A stretch of DNA of 58,055 bases from an uncultured Pseudomonadota bacterium (GTDB taxonomy: Bacteria; Babelota; Babeliae; Babelales; JACPOV01), in contig CAZUJC010000004.1 of the NCBI GenBank assembly GCA_964620245.1, forward strand, positions 1-58,055. The letters run 5' to 3'. The notes under the pieces are model-generated. The model saw nothing but the letters and a program-made list of their open reading frames with translations, searched no databases and was not told the origin of the DNA. The translations under genes and the position numbers were made by a program. Each line of letters starts with the position of its first letter. Positions within the stretch are counted from its first letter, which is position 1. Below are positions 1-10,938 of the stretch, in pieces.

Positions 1-195
1 AATGAAGCAGAAAACAGGAAAATACATACGCAAGTGGCGGTACTTAAGGCTCAATCAGAAAAAGAAAATAGAGAACTAAAGACTCAAGTGGCAACACTGG
101 AAATAAAAAATAGCATTCTTTCAGAAGCATTTGATGCTCTACAGACAAATAATTCAAATGCTTTAGTGAAATTGCTCATTCAGCAAAAAAAATAA
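1..195 (+). CDS. 3' end of a coiled-coil hypothetical protein (partial)
   Basis: Frame 1 is open from base 1 to TAA at 193-195 (NEAENRKIHTQVAVL...LIQQKK*), with an 18-aa internal repeat ENRKIHTQVAVL/ENRELKTQVATL. Confidence 0.7.
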   Translation, partial: NEAENRKIHTQVAVLKAQSEKENRELKTQVATLEIKNSILSEAFDALQTNNSNALVKLLIQQKK

Positions 196-420
196 CTATT
201 CAGGTTTGTGGCGGTTGCGGCCTTTTTCGCGTGATCCCCAGAGTTGTTTATTGCCCCATTTTGCATGAACTTTCCTCATGCGATAAATATCTGAAGCACC
301 ACGGCTCATTTTGCGACGAATATGAGAAAGGCGTGTTGAAACATGCTGCTTAATACTCATATTATGTTCAATTTTTTTTTGGTTTTCGTTGGAATTCATC
401 CATTTTTTAATGAATTTCAT
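196..420 (-). CDS. small basic (K/R/H-rich) hypothetical protein, 74 aa
   Basis: Strong SD (GAGGAG) upstream of the ATG; putative extended -10 TGcTAAAGT at 441-449. Confidence 0.65.
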   Translation of the reverse strand: MKFIKKWMNSNENQKKIEHNMSIKQHVSTRLSHIRRKMSRGASDIYRMRKVHAKWGNKQLWGSREKGRNRHKPE

Positions 421-504
421 GCCTTCTCCTCTTTGTTCTCACTTTAGCACTGTGTTGTGCCAAAAAACAAGAATTGACGCATGTAATGCCCAATTTTAAA
501 GAAA

Positions 505-534
505 TATCGCCGTTAGTTAATGATAACGGCGATA
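505..534 (-). terminator. intrinsic terminator after the RING gene
   Basis: 11-bp inverted repeat TATCGCCGTTA/TAACGGCGATA followed by TTTCTTT on the minus strand. Confidence 0.7.
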
Positions 535-549
535 ACTACCGTTTATCCC

Positions 550-1569
550 TTAAAAGCCAAAGAGTCTGCGTATTTTTTCGTGCATACGAGGAAATAGGTG
601 TTTAAGTTCAACGCTATTGATAAATTTGCGCAGAAATTGTGCCGAAAACTCTTCTTTTCGTATTTCTTGCCGGCATGTTGGACAATCACGTTTTTCATTA
701 ATATGAATGTGACCAGCCAAGCAGGTGGCACACAAAGAATGACCACAAAATAAATTAACGCGCGCACGTTGCACATCAAAATCTTCTTTGCACACTGGAC
801 ATTCATTCGCTCGAAATTGTTTTACCTTTTCAAAAAATGGTCCGAAAAACTTTTCATTTCTCTCAAGCCCTTCTTTTGTTTTTTCATTAAATTGTGGATA
901 CAGTTCATGAATGTTGTCACTGGGTGCTCCTGCTGGTTGATCAACTCCCGCAGGCAATTGCGCCGTGTAATTTTGGCTCGACGGTTTATCTAAATTAGGA
1001 TACAACCCAGTGTTTGAGGAACTTGCTGGCGCCCCTCCAGCTTGCACACCATAATTTTTATCAAATTGCTTAATAATTTCTTTGAGTGCAGCTAATTTCA
1101 AAAATGGCGTTACATCTTTGTTTTTTCTAAATGCATCGTCAACTTGATTTGCAAGTTCTTCTTTGACACGTTGTTCAAACTGTTGTGGATTATATGGTGG
1201 GCGGCCACTGTAGTACATTCCAATTTCTTGTCTAACTTTTTCGGCACCAAGATCAACAATAAAATGTTTGATAGCTGGCTTAACTGCTGCAATAGCTTGA
1301 GCGCGCGCCTCTTCTTGTGAATCATATTTACATTCTCTCACATGATCCACAATTCCTTTGCTCAATTTATAACGCGCAAGCATCATTTCTTGCGAGACAT
1401 ATTCCAACCTATTAAACACCACACGATCTAGTTCATCTTTTACATCACTTTGCAACTGAGCATAATCAACCGACGATTGAGACCATTCCCAAAATTTCCA
1501 TGCATGAACAGTGCTATTGATGCACACAATACCGCAGAAAAAACTGTACAACAGTAAACGCATTTTCAT
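550..1569 (-). CDS. secreted RING-finger (C3HC4) protein, candidate E3 ubiquitin ligase effector
   Basis: Signal peptide (STVHA|W); CPVC...CGHSLCATC...CPTCR at 673-801; SD GGAG. Confidence 0.85.
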   Translation of the reverse strand: MKMRLLLYSFFCGIVCINSTVHAWKFWEWSQSSVDYAQLQSDVKDELDRVVFNRLEYVSQEMMLARYKLSKGIVDHVRECKYDSQEEARAQAIAAVKPAIKHFIVDLGAEKVRQEIGMYYSGRPPYNPQQFEQRVKEELANQVDDAFRKNKDVTPFLKLAALKEIIKQFDKNYGVQAGGAPASSSNTGLYPNLDKPSSQNYTAQLPAGVDQPAGAPSDNIHELYPQFNEKTKEGLERNEKFFGPFFEKVKQFRANECPVCKEDFDVQRARVNLFCGHSLCATCLAGHIHINEKRDCPTCRQEIRKEEFSAQFLRKFINSVELKHLFPRMHEKIRRLFGF

Positions 1570-1626
1570 AATTACTCCTATTAATAATTAACTATTCACT
1601 GCAAGTATATCAGTTTTTTATTCAAA

Positions 1627-3033
1627 CTATTCTTGCTTTGATCTTTTTTCACTAGAAATAGTGTTGTTATTATTGTCCTCTAAAACACGCTTGTTGTTTT
1701 TTAAGTCTCTAAAATATTGTTTGTATTCATTGCCCGGTTCCCACACGTTAGCAATTTCTATTGCCAGATCCTCCGGAAAAGGTGGATTCGCACGTTGAAG
1801 TTGACGCTTCAGACATTGTTTCAGCTTATTTTTTTGCATAACCGGCTTTACCGTTGCATTGAACATTTTTTCATTATTTTCATCGTCACACAGTTTTTTC
1901 AACAGTTTTCGTCCAGTTTGATAGTATGCCAAGAGATCTACCATTGAATCATAAACATTTTTGAACTCGTTATTTTTTCCATCTTGGCTATACCTTAAGC
2001 TGAGTGTTAATAAATTGGCCACGAATTTTTCACTTTTAGGCAGTTTACAAGTTTTTTGATCTCTTATTACGTGCCAAGAAAAATCTGCCAAATTTGTGGT
2101 TCTTAACATGAGCGGTTCGTTGGGATAGGCACATACCAGCTCACTTAACGATTGCAGCACCTGCTCCATCAATAATTCGTGCTCTTTCCACTCATTGAAA
2201 CGAGTAAGCAGCAAATCTCCTTCTTTTTCTTTTAATGCAATCATCGTTGCACACTCTTTGCCCAAGCTAACGAGGTCACTTAGATCGGACTGCGGTTTTC
2301 CTGAAAATTCTTGCATAAATTGAGTCAAAAAAGCAGGTACTGACTTTATTTCATTTTTCGCGCGATCTAAATAGTCCACCACTTTTTTTCTATCCTCATC
2401 GGCAAGATTAAAATGAACCGGATCGTTAATTATTTGTTCCAAAATATCAATTTTGCGATCACCCCACGCATACTGGAACGCATTACGCCCAAACCAATCC
2501 CAAGGAGATGGCGCAATGGAAGGTTCTTTGCTCCATACTAAAGAACCTGGCACAAGACCATGTTTATCGAACGTTTCTTTGGTCATTATCAAGCCATCTG
2601 ACTGCTGCTTTATATTCAACAGCCGTTGCCAGCGCAGATCTTTAATCGAAAGATAGTCTGTAATTGATTCACCAATAGATAATTGGCTGTTTTTGAATTC
2701 TTCACGGTTGCCAGTTTTTGCTGCCTCAAGAAGGCGATAATAGTTACCCAATTTTTCATGAAATTCCTCCCCAATAAAAGAAAAAACCATATTTCCATTT
2801 CTATCTGAAGATAGGTAAAAGTTGTGTATAAAATTTTCATCTTGATCATGAAAATTCACAGTAAGTATATTGTCGATTATTCTGTGCCCTCTTATTCGCT
2901 TATCAACTAGCTTATTCTCGATTTTTTTATTAATATCTGCTTTTGTTTCTTTTTGTTCCATGCCAAAACCAATTGCAGATAAACAGAATAAAGAAATAGT
3001 AACAATGTGTTGTAAACAATAAAAAATACTCAT
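1627..3033 (-). CDS. secreted ankyrin-like hypothetical protein (paralog of 3175-4581)
   Basis: Signal peptide ending FG|MEQ; ankyrin-like LLEAAKTGN and GRNAFQYA; start moved to ATG 3033 behind a GGGGG SD. Confidence 0.75.
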   Translation of the reverse strand: MSIFYCLQHIVTISLFCLSAIGFGMEQKETKADINKKIENKLVDKRIRGHRIIDNILTVNFHDQDENFIHNFYLSSDRNGNMVFSFIGEEFHEKLGNYYRLLEAAKTGNREEFKNSQLSIGESITDYLSIKDLRWQRLLNIKQQSDGLIMTKETFDKHGLVPGSLVWSKEPSIAPSPWDWFGRNAFQYAWGDRKIDILEQIINDPVHFNLADEDRKKVVDYLDRAKNEIKSVPAFLTQFMQEFSGKPQSDLSDLVSLGKECATMIALKEKEGDLLLTRFNEWKEHELLMEQVLQSLSELVCAYPNEPLMLRTTNLADFSWHVIRDQKTCKLPKSEKFVANLLTLSLRYSQDGKNNEFKNVYDSMVDLLAYYQTGRKLLKKLCDDENNEKMFNATVKPVMQKNKLKQCLKRQLQRANPPFPEDLAIEIANVWEPGNEYKQYFRDLKNNKRVLEDNNNNTISSEKRSKQE

Positions 3034-3057
3034 ATGCACCCCCGCTAAAACATACTG

Positions 3058-4666
3058 AAAAAAATAAAGAAGTAGTTATTGTAGATCTATTTTTAATAAA
3101 TTCAAACTAAAATAATCATACGATTCTGTTTATTAATAAAAGCATTTTAATTTCGTATCGCGATTCCATAATTTTCAATCACAATCGTTTTCATGCTTTT
3201 GCTTTTTTTCGAGGCCTTGATCGCTCTTGTCTTCCAATTTCCGTTTTAGATCTGGCAATTTTCGAAAATAGTTTTTATATTCTTCATCCGGTTGCCAATG
3301 AGCGGCAATCGATGCGGCGATATCTTTGACAAATGGAGGATTTGCACACGTCAATTGCCTTGCAAGAGCGTTCTGGAACAATATTTTTTGCATAAATGGT
3401 TTTATTGTCGACACAAAGACGTTATTGTTGTTTTTGTCATCACACAGTGCCCTAAGCAACACTTTGCCATCGCCATTGCGTACCAATAAATCGAGCATAT
3501 CATAATAGATTTTATTGAATTCTTTATGAGTAAGATTTTCTGAATGAAACAAACTAAGCGCTATTACATTTGCAAAAAACTCTTGCGCTTTATTTAATGA
3601 ACGCAATTTTTCGTCTTGTGCAATTCTGTATGAAAAGTGCACTATATTTTTAGGCAGAAACGGTTTTTTTAAATGTGGGTACAAACGCATTGCTTCGCAG
3701 AGTGTCTGCACAATGTTCACCGTTAACATTTCATATCGCTTCCATTCATTAAAACGACCAATAAGAGCCTCCCCTTCTTTTTCTTTAAAAGCAATGAGCG
3801 ATGCATATTCTTTACCCAAACTACCAATACCCAGCTTATCCAATTGATCACATTGAGAAATATCACGAACTGTGTCACGCATGTTTGACAGAAACGCTTC
3901 TTCCTCCTTCACTCTTACCAAAAGGTCTTCTATTTCTTTTTTTTGCTGCGAGTCGATAGCAAAAACAGAAGGGTGCTCGATCATTATTTGTAAAATATGG
4001 TGTTTATAGTTGCGCAATGCATAGTCAACTGGAGCAAAGCCAACAGTGTTATTGTATGGAAATGGTGCAAGGATAGGATTTACGCTCCGTGCAAGCCTAA
4101 ATTGGTTGCCAGGCATTAGATCTTCCAATCTACATATTTTTTGATCAGAAGAGCGCAGAATATTAAAACAAACTAAAAACAAACGATTATCTTTTATATT
4201 TCCTTCTATTTGCTCATCGATCAACAAACTCTTAAAATCTTCCCACCTGCCATCGCGTGCAGCATCAAAAAGAGAATAATGTCTTGATAACTTTTTAAGT
4301 TCATCAATGGTATCGACCGGAGTTAGAACTAAACAATGATCTTTGTTCTTACTCACACAAAATCTTAATGCCAAAGCAGGATTGAATCCATTATCTACCA
4401 TAATCAACATTGAATTTTCCAAGCCTTGAAAGCTCAATATCTGTCGATTATCTATCAAATCAGCAAATTCTTCGTTTCGCTGTCTGAATGATTTATTTGG
4501 CTGTTCCATGCCAAAAGAAAAAACATGCAGAAAAAAAATAAAAACGGTAGCAATTCGCTGTACGTAAAAATAACTATTCATGAGCCCCACCAAAAAAATT
4601 GTCAAAAAAATAAAGAGGAGCTTAGTGTAAATTTATTTTAAATAAATTCAAATTAAAAATAACATG
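3058..4666. repeat. duplicated ~60-bp upstream element (3058-3118 and 4604-4666) of the two tandem paralogs
   Basis: aaaaaaataaaga...tgta.at.tatttt.aataaattcaaa.taaaa is present in both intergenic regions. Confidence 0.7.
3175..4581 (-). CDS. secreted ankyrin-like hypothetical protein (paralog of 1627-3033)
   Basis: Shares SLGKE.A..IA.KEKEG..L..RFNEWK, LCDD.NN and ANPPF with its neighbour; signal peptide ending FG|MEQ. Confidence 0.75.
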   Translation of the reverse strand: MNSYFYVQRIATVFIFFLHVFSFGMEQPNKSFRQRNEEFADLIDNRQILSFQGLENSMLIMVDNGFNPALALRFCVSKNKDHCLVLTPVDTIDELKKLSRHYSLFDAARDGRWEDFKSLLIDEQIEGNIKDNRLFLVCFNILRSSDQKICRLEDLMPGNQFRLARSVNPILAPFPYNNTVGFAPVDYALRNYKHHILQIMIEHPSVFAIDSQQKKEIEDLLVRVKEEEAFLSNMRDTVRDISQCDQLDKLGIGSLGKEYASLIAFKEKEGEALIGRFNEWKRYEMLTVNIVQTLCEAMRLYPHLKKPFLPKNIVHFSYRIAQDEKLRSLNKAQEFFANVIALSLFHSENLTHKEFNKIYYDMLDLLVRNGDGKVLLRALCDDKNNNNVFVSTIKPFMQKILFQNALARQLTCANPPFVKDIAASIAAHWQPDEEYKNYFRKLPDLKRKLEDKSDQGLEKKQKHENDCD

Positions 4667-4693
4667 AAAAACACGCCACAAATAAAGCGTTCT

Positions 4694-7255
4694 TTATTTG
4701 TGAATCACAATTGCATCGTTTTTCATAACAATAGTTACTTTTTGCGCTTCAGGATGCTCAAGTAAATAGCGAGAAAGTGGAACGGTGATATATTGCCCAA
4801 TTGCTCGTTTTAATGGACGAGCGCCGAATTCTTTTACGTAACCGCGCTGCGCAACTTCCTGTACAACCGAATCGTCGATTTTTAGGCTGATATTTTTTTC
4901 TGCCAACCGTTTTTCAATGTCATCGAGCTGCAAGAGCGCAATCTTTTGTACATCTTCTTGGGTTAACATTTTAAAGAAGACAATCGAATCAATGCGATTG
5001 AGAAACTCTGGTCTAAACGTTTTGTGCAACAATTGCTCAATTGATTCTTTTACGTGTGGTGTCAAATCTTTTGCTTGCAAGATTAAATCTGCACCAATAT
5101 TTGAAGTCATAATGATAATGCAATTTTTAAACGAAACGGTTCTTCCTTGACTATCGGTCAGATGCCCTTCATCTAAAATTTGTAGAAAAATATTAAATAC
5201 ATCGGGATGCGCTTTTTCAATTTCATCAAACAGAATAACACTATACGGATGTTGACGCACTTGTTCAGTTAATTGACCACCTTCTTCATAGCCAACATAT
5301 CCTGGCGGCGCACCAATTAAGCGTGCAACAGCATGTTTTTCCATATACTCAGACATATCGATTCTGATCAACCGATTTGGATTATTAAAAAGAAAATCTG
5401 CCAACGTTTTTGCAACTTCAGTCTTACCAACACCGGTCGGTCCTAAAAATAAAAACGAACCAATTGGTTTTCGTGGATCGGTAAGACCAGCACGGTGAAC
5501 CTGAATTGCATGCGCAACGGCTGAAATTGCCTCATCTTGGCCAATAACACGTTTTTTGAGTGTATCTTCCATGCGCAACAGTTTTTGCGTTTCGGTTGTT
5601 TGCAATTTTTCAATGGGAATTCCTGTCCAGCGAGAAAGAACTGCTGCAACATCACGCTCATCAACCTCTTCTTTGATCAAATGCGTTTTTAATTTTTTGA
5701 GTTTTTCTTGTTCAGTTACTAACTCTTTTTCTAATTTTGCAATTTTTCCGTACTTAATTTCAGACGCTTTTGCATAATCACCTTCACGCTCAGCTTGCGC
5801 AAATTCGTAATTTGCTTGTTCGATTTTTTCTTTTACCTTACTGATTGTCTCTAGCGGTTTCTTTTCCGCTTGCCACTGACTTTCAAGCGTTTGTCGCTTT
5901 TCTTTATAATCAGCAAGTTCTTTTTCCAGAATTGCTAATCGTTTTTGAGCGTGATCTTCTTTTTCTTTTTGCAACGCAACTTTTTCAATCTCAAGTTGAC
6001 GAATTTTGCGCTCTAGTTGATCAATTTCGGGCGGATATGAATCAATTGACATGCGAACCATTGCTGCAGCTTCATCGATTAAATCGATTGCTTTATCTGG
6101 TAAAAAACGGTCAGGAATATTTTTATCTGCAAGCATTACCGCATCAACAAGTGCTTGATCTTTGATATGAATTCCATGATGTAATTCATAGCGCTCTTTC
6201 AATCCGCGCAAAATTGAGATTGCATCTTCAACTGATGGTTCTTCAACAAGCACTTTTTGAAAACGGCGTTCAAGGGCTGCATCTTTTTCAATATATTTTT
6301 TATATTCTTTAATGGTTGTTGCACCAATACAATGCAACAATCCGCGAGCAAGCGCTGGTTTGAGTAAATTTGATGCATCCATGCCACCACCCGTTGCCCC
6401 CGCGCCAACAAGCATATGAAGTTCATCAATGAACAGAATAATATTATCGCCACTTTCTTCGATCTGTTTCAAAATGCCTTTGAGACGTTCTTCAAACTCA
6501 CCTTGATATTTTGCACCGGCAATCAACAAACCTAAATCGAGCGCGTAAATTTGTTTGTTGCGCAATCCTTCAGGGACATCATTATTTATGATGCGCTGCG
6601 CAATACCTTCAACAATAGCCGTTTTACCAACACCCGGTTCACCAATAAGTACCGGATTGTTTTTTGTGCGACGCGATAAAATTTGAATTACGCGCCGAAT
6701 TTCATCATGCCTACCGATAACCGGATCAAGTTTTCCTTGTTTTGCCATCTGGGTGATGTTTTGGCAATATTTTTCCAGGAGCTGATATTGTTTTTCAGCA
6801 TTTTTTTCTTGAACAGTTCTTCCTTTTCGCAACGTTTTGATGTGATTCAAAATGCGATCATAGGCAAAACTATGTTGTTTGAAAAATTGTTGAACCTGGG
6901 AAGGTAATAGTGCTGTTTTTGACCAACAAAGCAAAAAATGTTCAACGCTAATATAAGCATCGCCAAGCGAATCTGCTTCTTTTTTTAATTCTTGTGTAAA
7001 AGTGTCAAATGAATAATCGGTGCTTAATTTTCCACCTTCAACATGCGGTAATTTGCTTAACTGTTCAGTAACAAGTAACCGTAATTGATCAAGCGGTAAT
7101 GCAAGCGCATTAAAAACCGAAACACACAATTCATCTTCAACCCCTGCTGCTAACGTATGCAATGGGAGCAGTGTTGGATTTTTTTCCGATTGTGCAAGCG
7201 TGACGCTTCGTTGTAAAAGTTCACTTGAAGCATGAGTAAATTGTTCTAAATTCAT
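4694..7255 (-). CDS. clpB: ATP-dependent chaperone ClpB
   Basis: Two AAA+ modules ([16 protein letters not shown]), long middle coiled coil, GARPLKR, 853 aa. Confidence 0.96.
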   Translation of the reverse strand: MNLEQFTHASSELLQRSVTLAQSEKNPTLLPLHTLAAGVEDELCVSVFNALALPLDQLRLLVTEQLSKLPHVEGGKLSTDYSFDTFTQELKKEADSLGDAYISVEHFLLCWSKTALLPSQVQQFFKQHSFAYDRILNHIKTLRKGRTVQEKNAEKQYQLLEKYCQNITQMAKQGKLDPVIGRHDEIRRVIQILSRRTKNNPVLIGEPGVGKTAIVEGIAQRIINNDVPEGLRNKQIYALDLGLLIAGAKYQGEFEERLKGILKQIEESGDNIILFIDELHMLVGAGATGGGMDASNLLKPALARGLLHCIGATTIKEYKKYIEKDAALERRFQKVLVEEPSVEDAISILRGLKERYELHHGIHIKDQALVDAVMLADKNIPDRFLPDKAIDLIDEAAAMVRMSIDSYPPEIDQLERKIRQLEIEKVALQKEKEDHAQKRLAILEKELADYKEKRQTLESQWQAEKKPLETISKVKEKIEQANYEFAQAEREGDYAKASEIKYGKIAKLEKELVTEQEKLKKLKTHLIKEEVDERDVAAVLSRWTGIPIEKLQTTETQKLLRMEDTLKKRVIGQDEAISAVAHAIQVHRAGLTDPRKPIGSFLFLGPTGVGKTEVAKTLADFLFNNPNRLIRIDMSEYMEKHAVARLIGAPPGYVGYEEGGQLTEQVRQHPYSVILFDEIEKAHPDVFNIFLQILDEGHLTDSQGRTVSFKNCIIIMTSNIGADLILQAKDLTPHVKESIEQLLHKTFRPEFLNRIDSIVFFKMLTQEDVQKIALLQLDDIEKRLAEKNISLKIDDSVVQEVAQRGYVKEFGARPLKRAIGQYITVPLSRYLLEHPEAQKVTIVMKNDAIVIHK

Positions 7256-8532
7256 AATGCACCTTCCAATTTTTTTGAACGTTTTTTGCGATGATATGAA
7301 ATTGCAAAATGATGTGCATAATCTCGCAACGCTATTAATAGTCTGCCAACTTCTGTTTGTAGATCAAGTACAATGCCCTGTGGATACTGTTGACTAAAAA
7401 GTCGCTCTTCTCTTTTTGCTAAACTTACAATTGACGCACCTGGAAATAACGATGCAACTGAGTTGAGTTGTCCTTTGCCGCCATCAATCAAAATTAAATC
7501 GGGCATTTCATCAGGATTGCGATAACGTCGAGCAACAATTTCTTGCAATGCTGCACAATCGTTTTGCTGTTGTAATGTTTTTATCGCAAATCGTCTAAAA
7601 TTATTTTTATCCGGAACTCCATCAACAAAACGAACGCATGAACCAACAATCTCATTGCTTTGAAAATGCGAAATATCAAAACAGTCGATTGATGAGGGAG
7701 CATGTGGCAGTTGCAATAGTTGCTGCAATTGAACTCCCAAATCTTTATTTGGTGAGCGTGAAAATTTTACGGGAGCGGTTGCAAGCGAAACTTCTTTTTC
7801 ATATTTTTTTTCTGAAAATTTAAGTTTTAATGTTGCAAAAATCATATCGAGATTTTGTAAATAGTTTGCTAAACGTTGTGCTTTTTCAAATTCAAAACGT
7901 GCTGCGCACCATGCAATCGATTTTTTTAATTCATATAACGATTCTTTATAATGGCCTCGCAGCGCATTCATTGCCAACTGCAACCGCAACATATAATTAT
8001 CTTTATCAAATTCGTCGCGACACGAACCTGCACATAAGCCAATGTGATATTTTAAACAACCATCTTTAATTTTGTGATTGCAGAACTCAAGGCGAAATGT
8101 TTTCATTAAATATTCGTAACCAGCGCGAGCAGGGCGTTTAAACAAAAATGGACCAAAATGCGTTCCCTTGCCTTTTTTGTTGCGCACCAAAAGCATGCGC
8201 GGTAACTCTTCATTGGTAACTTGTATGTACAAAAATGGTTGGCCGGATTTAAGAAGTACATTAAATTTGGGTTGATGTTCTTTAATGAGTTGTGCTTCCA
8301 AAAGCAACGCTTCGGTTTCTGAATGCGTTACAACATGCTCAATAATAGCATGTTCATCAATCAGTGCTTTTACTTTCCAATCAATGTGCTGTTTTTGAAA
8401 ATAGTTTGAAACCCTTTTGCGCAGTACTTTTGCTTTGCCAACATAAATTATGGCATTGTCTTTGTCTTTAAACAAATACACACCTGGCAACAACGGTAAT
8501 GCTTGAACTTTGGGTTCCATAGACTTGCTCAT
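7252..8532 (-). CDS. uvrC: excinuclease ABC subunit C (lacks C-terminal HhH domain)
   Basis: GIY-YIG PGVY...IYVGKAK, UVR motif FEKAQRL, RNase H-like FDISH and DGGKGQ. Confidence 0.92.
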   Translation of the reverse strand: MSKSMEPKVQALPLLPGVYLFKDKDNAIIYVGKAKVLRKRVSNYFQKQHIDWKVKALIDEHAIIEHVVTHSETEALLLEAQLIKEHQPKFNVLLKSGQPFLYIQVTNEELPRMLLVRNKKGKGTHFGPFLFKRPARAGYEYLMKTFRLEFCNHKIKDGCLKYHIGLCAGSCRDEFDKDNYMLRLQLAMNALRGHYKESLYELKKSIAWCAARFEFEKAQRLANYLQNLDMIFATLKLKFSEKKYEKEVSLATAPVKFSRSPNKDLGVQLQQLLQLPHAPSSIDCFDISHFQSNEIVGSCVRFVDGVPDKNNFRRFAIKTLQQQNDCAALQEIVARRYRNPDEMPDLILIDGGKGQLNSVASLFPGASIVSLAKREERLFSQQYPQGIVLDLQTEVGRLLIALRDYAHHFAISYHRKKRSKKLEGAL

Positions 8533-8632
8533 CTCTAGCTTTTTTAACCATTAAAAACACGCTCTTTAGTGAGCATATCAAAATAAACGCAATTTGTAAA
8601 AAACAGCAGAGTAAATAACTGCTGGATTTTCC

Positions 8633-9538
8633 CTATTTTATGGTCTTTTTTGTTCCCAATGGATGGCCACCAAATGCATGCCTCATGAGCGCAACCAACT
8701 TGGTAGCATAATTACCCCCAGTTTCTCGAGATCGCGCACGAATTTCGAGCGAATCTTCTATCAATTTAACGGGCACCTTTTGCTTGCGCGCTTCCTGGAC
8801 AGTCCATGCTCCAGTGCCACTTTCGGCAATTGAGCCCGAAACAGCCTCTAATTGTTGATCTTTTTTGAGAATTTCGTGAGTAAGTTCCAAAATCCATGAA
8901 CGAATAATCGATCCATGCTGCCAAATTGTAGTAATTTTGGCCAAATCAAGCTCTTTAAATTCACCTTCATGCAATAATTGCAGTCCTTCAGCATAGGCTT
9001 GCAAGAGAGCATATTCAATGCCATTATGAACCATTTTTACATAATGCCCAGATCCTGATGGCCCAACAAGTCCATACCCTTCGGGTGCTGCTACTGCTTT
9101 GAAAATTGGCTCTGCAAAATCGAATGCTTTTTTACTGCCACCAATCATTAATGAAAAACCGATTTCTTTGCCATGCAAACCACCAGAAGTGCCACAATCC
9201 AAAAATGAAATGCCGGTACGCGCAAATTCTTGTGAACGGCGAATTGAATCGGTAAATTTACTATTTCCACCATCAATAATAATTGCTTGAGCGTTTAAAT
9301 GCTCCATTAGTTCTTTCAATACCTGATCAACAATTGGTCCCGCTGGCACCATTAACCATACTATTTGTGCATGATGCGCACATTCTTCAATCGTTGCAAC
9401 AATTGTTGCACCTAATGTTGCAGCTTCTTGTCGCGCCTGGGCACTCGGATCGTAGCCAATAACTTCGTGCCCCGCTTTATGTAAACGGTACACAATTGCA
9501 CTTCCCATCCGCCCTAAACCAACTACAGCACATTTCAT
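8633..9538 (-). CDS. gnd: 6-phosphogluconate dehydrogenase, short (YqeC-like) form
   Basis: GLGRMG, IDGGN, KMVHNGIEY, FGGH; start at ATG 9538 overlaps the zwf stop (ATGA). Confidence 0.93.
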   Translation of the reverse strand: MKCAVVGLGRMGSAIVYRLHKAGHEVIGYDPSAQARQEAATLGATIVATIEECAHHAQIVWLMVPAGPIVDQVLKELMEHLNAQAIIIDGGNSKFTDSIRRSQEFARTGISFLDCGTSGGLHGKEIGFSLMIGGSKKAFDFAEPIFKAVAAPEGYGLVGPSGSGHYVKMVHNGIEYALLQAYAEGLQLLHEGEFKELDLAKITTIWQHGSIIRSWILELTHEILKKDQQLEAVSGSIAESGTGAWTVQEARKQKVPVKLIEDSLEIRARSRETGGNYATKLVALMRHAFGGHPLGTKKTIK

Positions 9539-10938
9539 ACACGCCACCTCATTTTATATTTTTGCGCAAATGCATTTAATGCTTCAGGACCACTGCTCAT
9601 TTGTTGATACTGATAAAACGGTAACTGTAATTTTTCAATCGAATCGATTACCGACCACGCATATTCAATTTCATCAAATCGCACCGAAACCGATTGGTCA
9701 CCGAGCATAATTTGTTCAAGCAGTATTTCATACGCTTCTGGAGTTGCTGTTCTAAAAACATAATTGTGGTTGAACGCAAGCGATACCGGCGTTACTTCGT
9801 ACATTGAACCTGGCTGCTTGGTATTCAATTGCAATGAAAAAATTGCTTCCGGTTCAATTTGAATCGTTAAATAATCTGATTCGTACACACAACTTTCTTT
9901 GAGTGTACAATCGACATTTTTAAATTTAATGTGGACCGATGTATCTTTTCTATCTAATCGTTTGCCTGCCTTAATATAAAACGGCACACCGTGCCACCGT
10001 GGTGTATCAATTGATAGTTTTAAACAGGCAAAAGTGGGAATATGCGATTGTTGATTAACATCAGCTTCATCATGATAATCTGCATATTGTCCCAAAAACC
10101 CATCTTCTACTTTTACTTTTTTCAGCACGGCAGTTTTTTGATCTTGTATTCCAGATGCACTTAATTTTTGCGGCAGCTCCATTGCAATTAATGAAAGAAG
10201 TTGCATGCCATGATTTTGGACAACATCGCGAAGCACTCCGTATTGATCATAATAGCGCCCCCTTCCTTCAAGCCCGAGCGTTTCACTTAAAATAATTTCA
10301 ACATAATCAATATAATTATGATTCCATAAAGGCTCGAAAATAATATTAGTAAAACGCACAAGAACTATGCTGCTCACAAGTTCTTTAGTTAAATAGTGAT
10401 CGATTCTAAAAATCTGATTTTCATTGAACCATTTTGTGATACATGCGTTAATTTGATGCGCAGTTTTTTGATCAAGACCAAATGGTTTTTCGTAAACAAT
10501 GCGTTGCCACACTTTCCCGCAAAAACCATCTGCATCGGCTCGCTTAATTAAACCGCTGCTTCCAAGAGCGTTGCTAACATCGCAAAAAAACGCGGACGCG
10601 GTAGCAAGATATGCAAGGCGATTTCCGTTTAATTTGTTTTCTTGTTCCTGTTTTATAACATGCTGATGCAAGAGTTCAAAATCTTGTTCATTGCGAAAAT
10701 CAATTCGTTGATAAGTAGTTGCCTGTTCAATTTTTGACCATAATTTTTCATCAAGTGACGAAATAAACGGTTTTGCGCGCGATAAAAATTCGTGCGGTGT
10801 TACATCTTCAAATGCTGCACCAACAATAATAAATTTCTCAATTCTTTTATCTCGCACCAATTTATACAGCGCAGGAATTAATTTGCGTTTTGTTAAGTCG
10901 CCGGTTGCACCAAGAATTATAAAAGTACACTCATTCAT
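9535..10938 (-). CDS. zwf: glucose-6-phosphate 1-dehydrogenase
   Basis: GATGDL, EKPFG, RIDHYL, RDVVQNH. Confidence 0.95.
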   Translation of the reverse strand: MNECTFIILGATGDLTKRKLIPALYKLVRDKRIEKFIIVGAAFEDVTPHEFLSRAKPFISSLDEKLWSKIEQATTYQRIDFRNEQDFELLHQHVIKQEQENKLNGNRLAYLATASAFFCDVSNALGSSGLIKRADADGFCGKVWQRIVYEKPFGLDQKTAHQINACITKWFNENQIFRIDHYLTKELVSSIVLVRFTNIIFEPLWNHNYIDYVEIILSETLGLEGRGRYYDQYGVLRDVVQNHGMQLLSLIAMELPQKLSASGIQDQKTAVLKKVKVEDGFLGQYADYHDEADVNQQSHIPTFACLKLSIDTPRWHGVPFYIKAGKRLDRKDTSVHIKFKNVDCTLKESCVYESDYLTIQIEPEAIFSLQLNTKQPGSMYEVTPVSLAFNHNYVFRTATPEAYEILLEQIMLGDQSVSVRFDEIEYAWSVIDSIEKLQLPFYQYQQMSSGPEALNAFAQKYKMRWRV

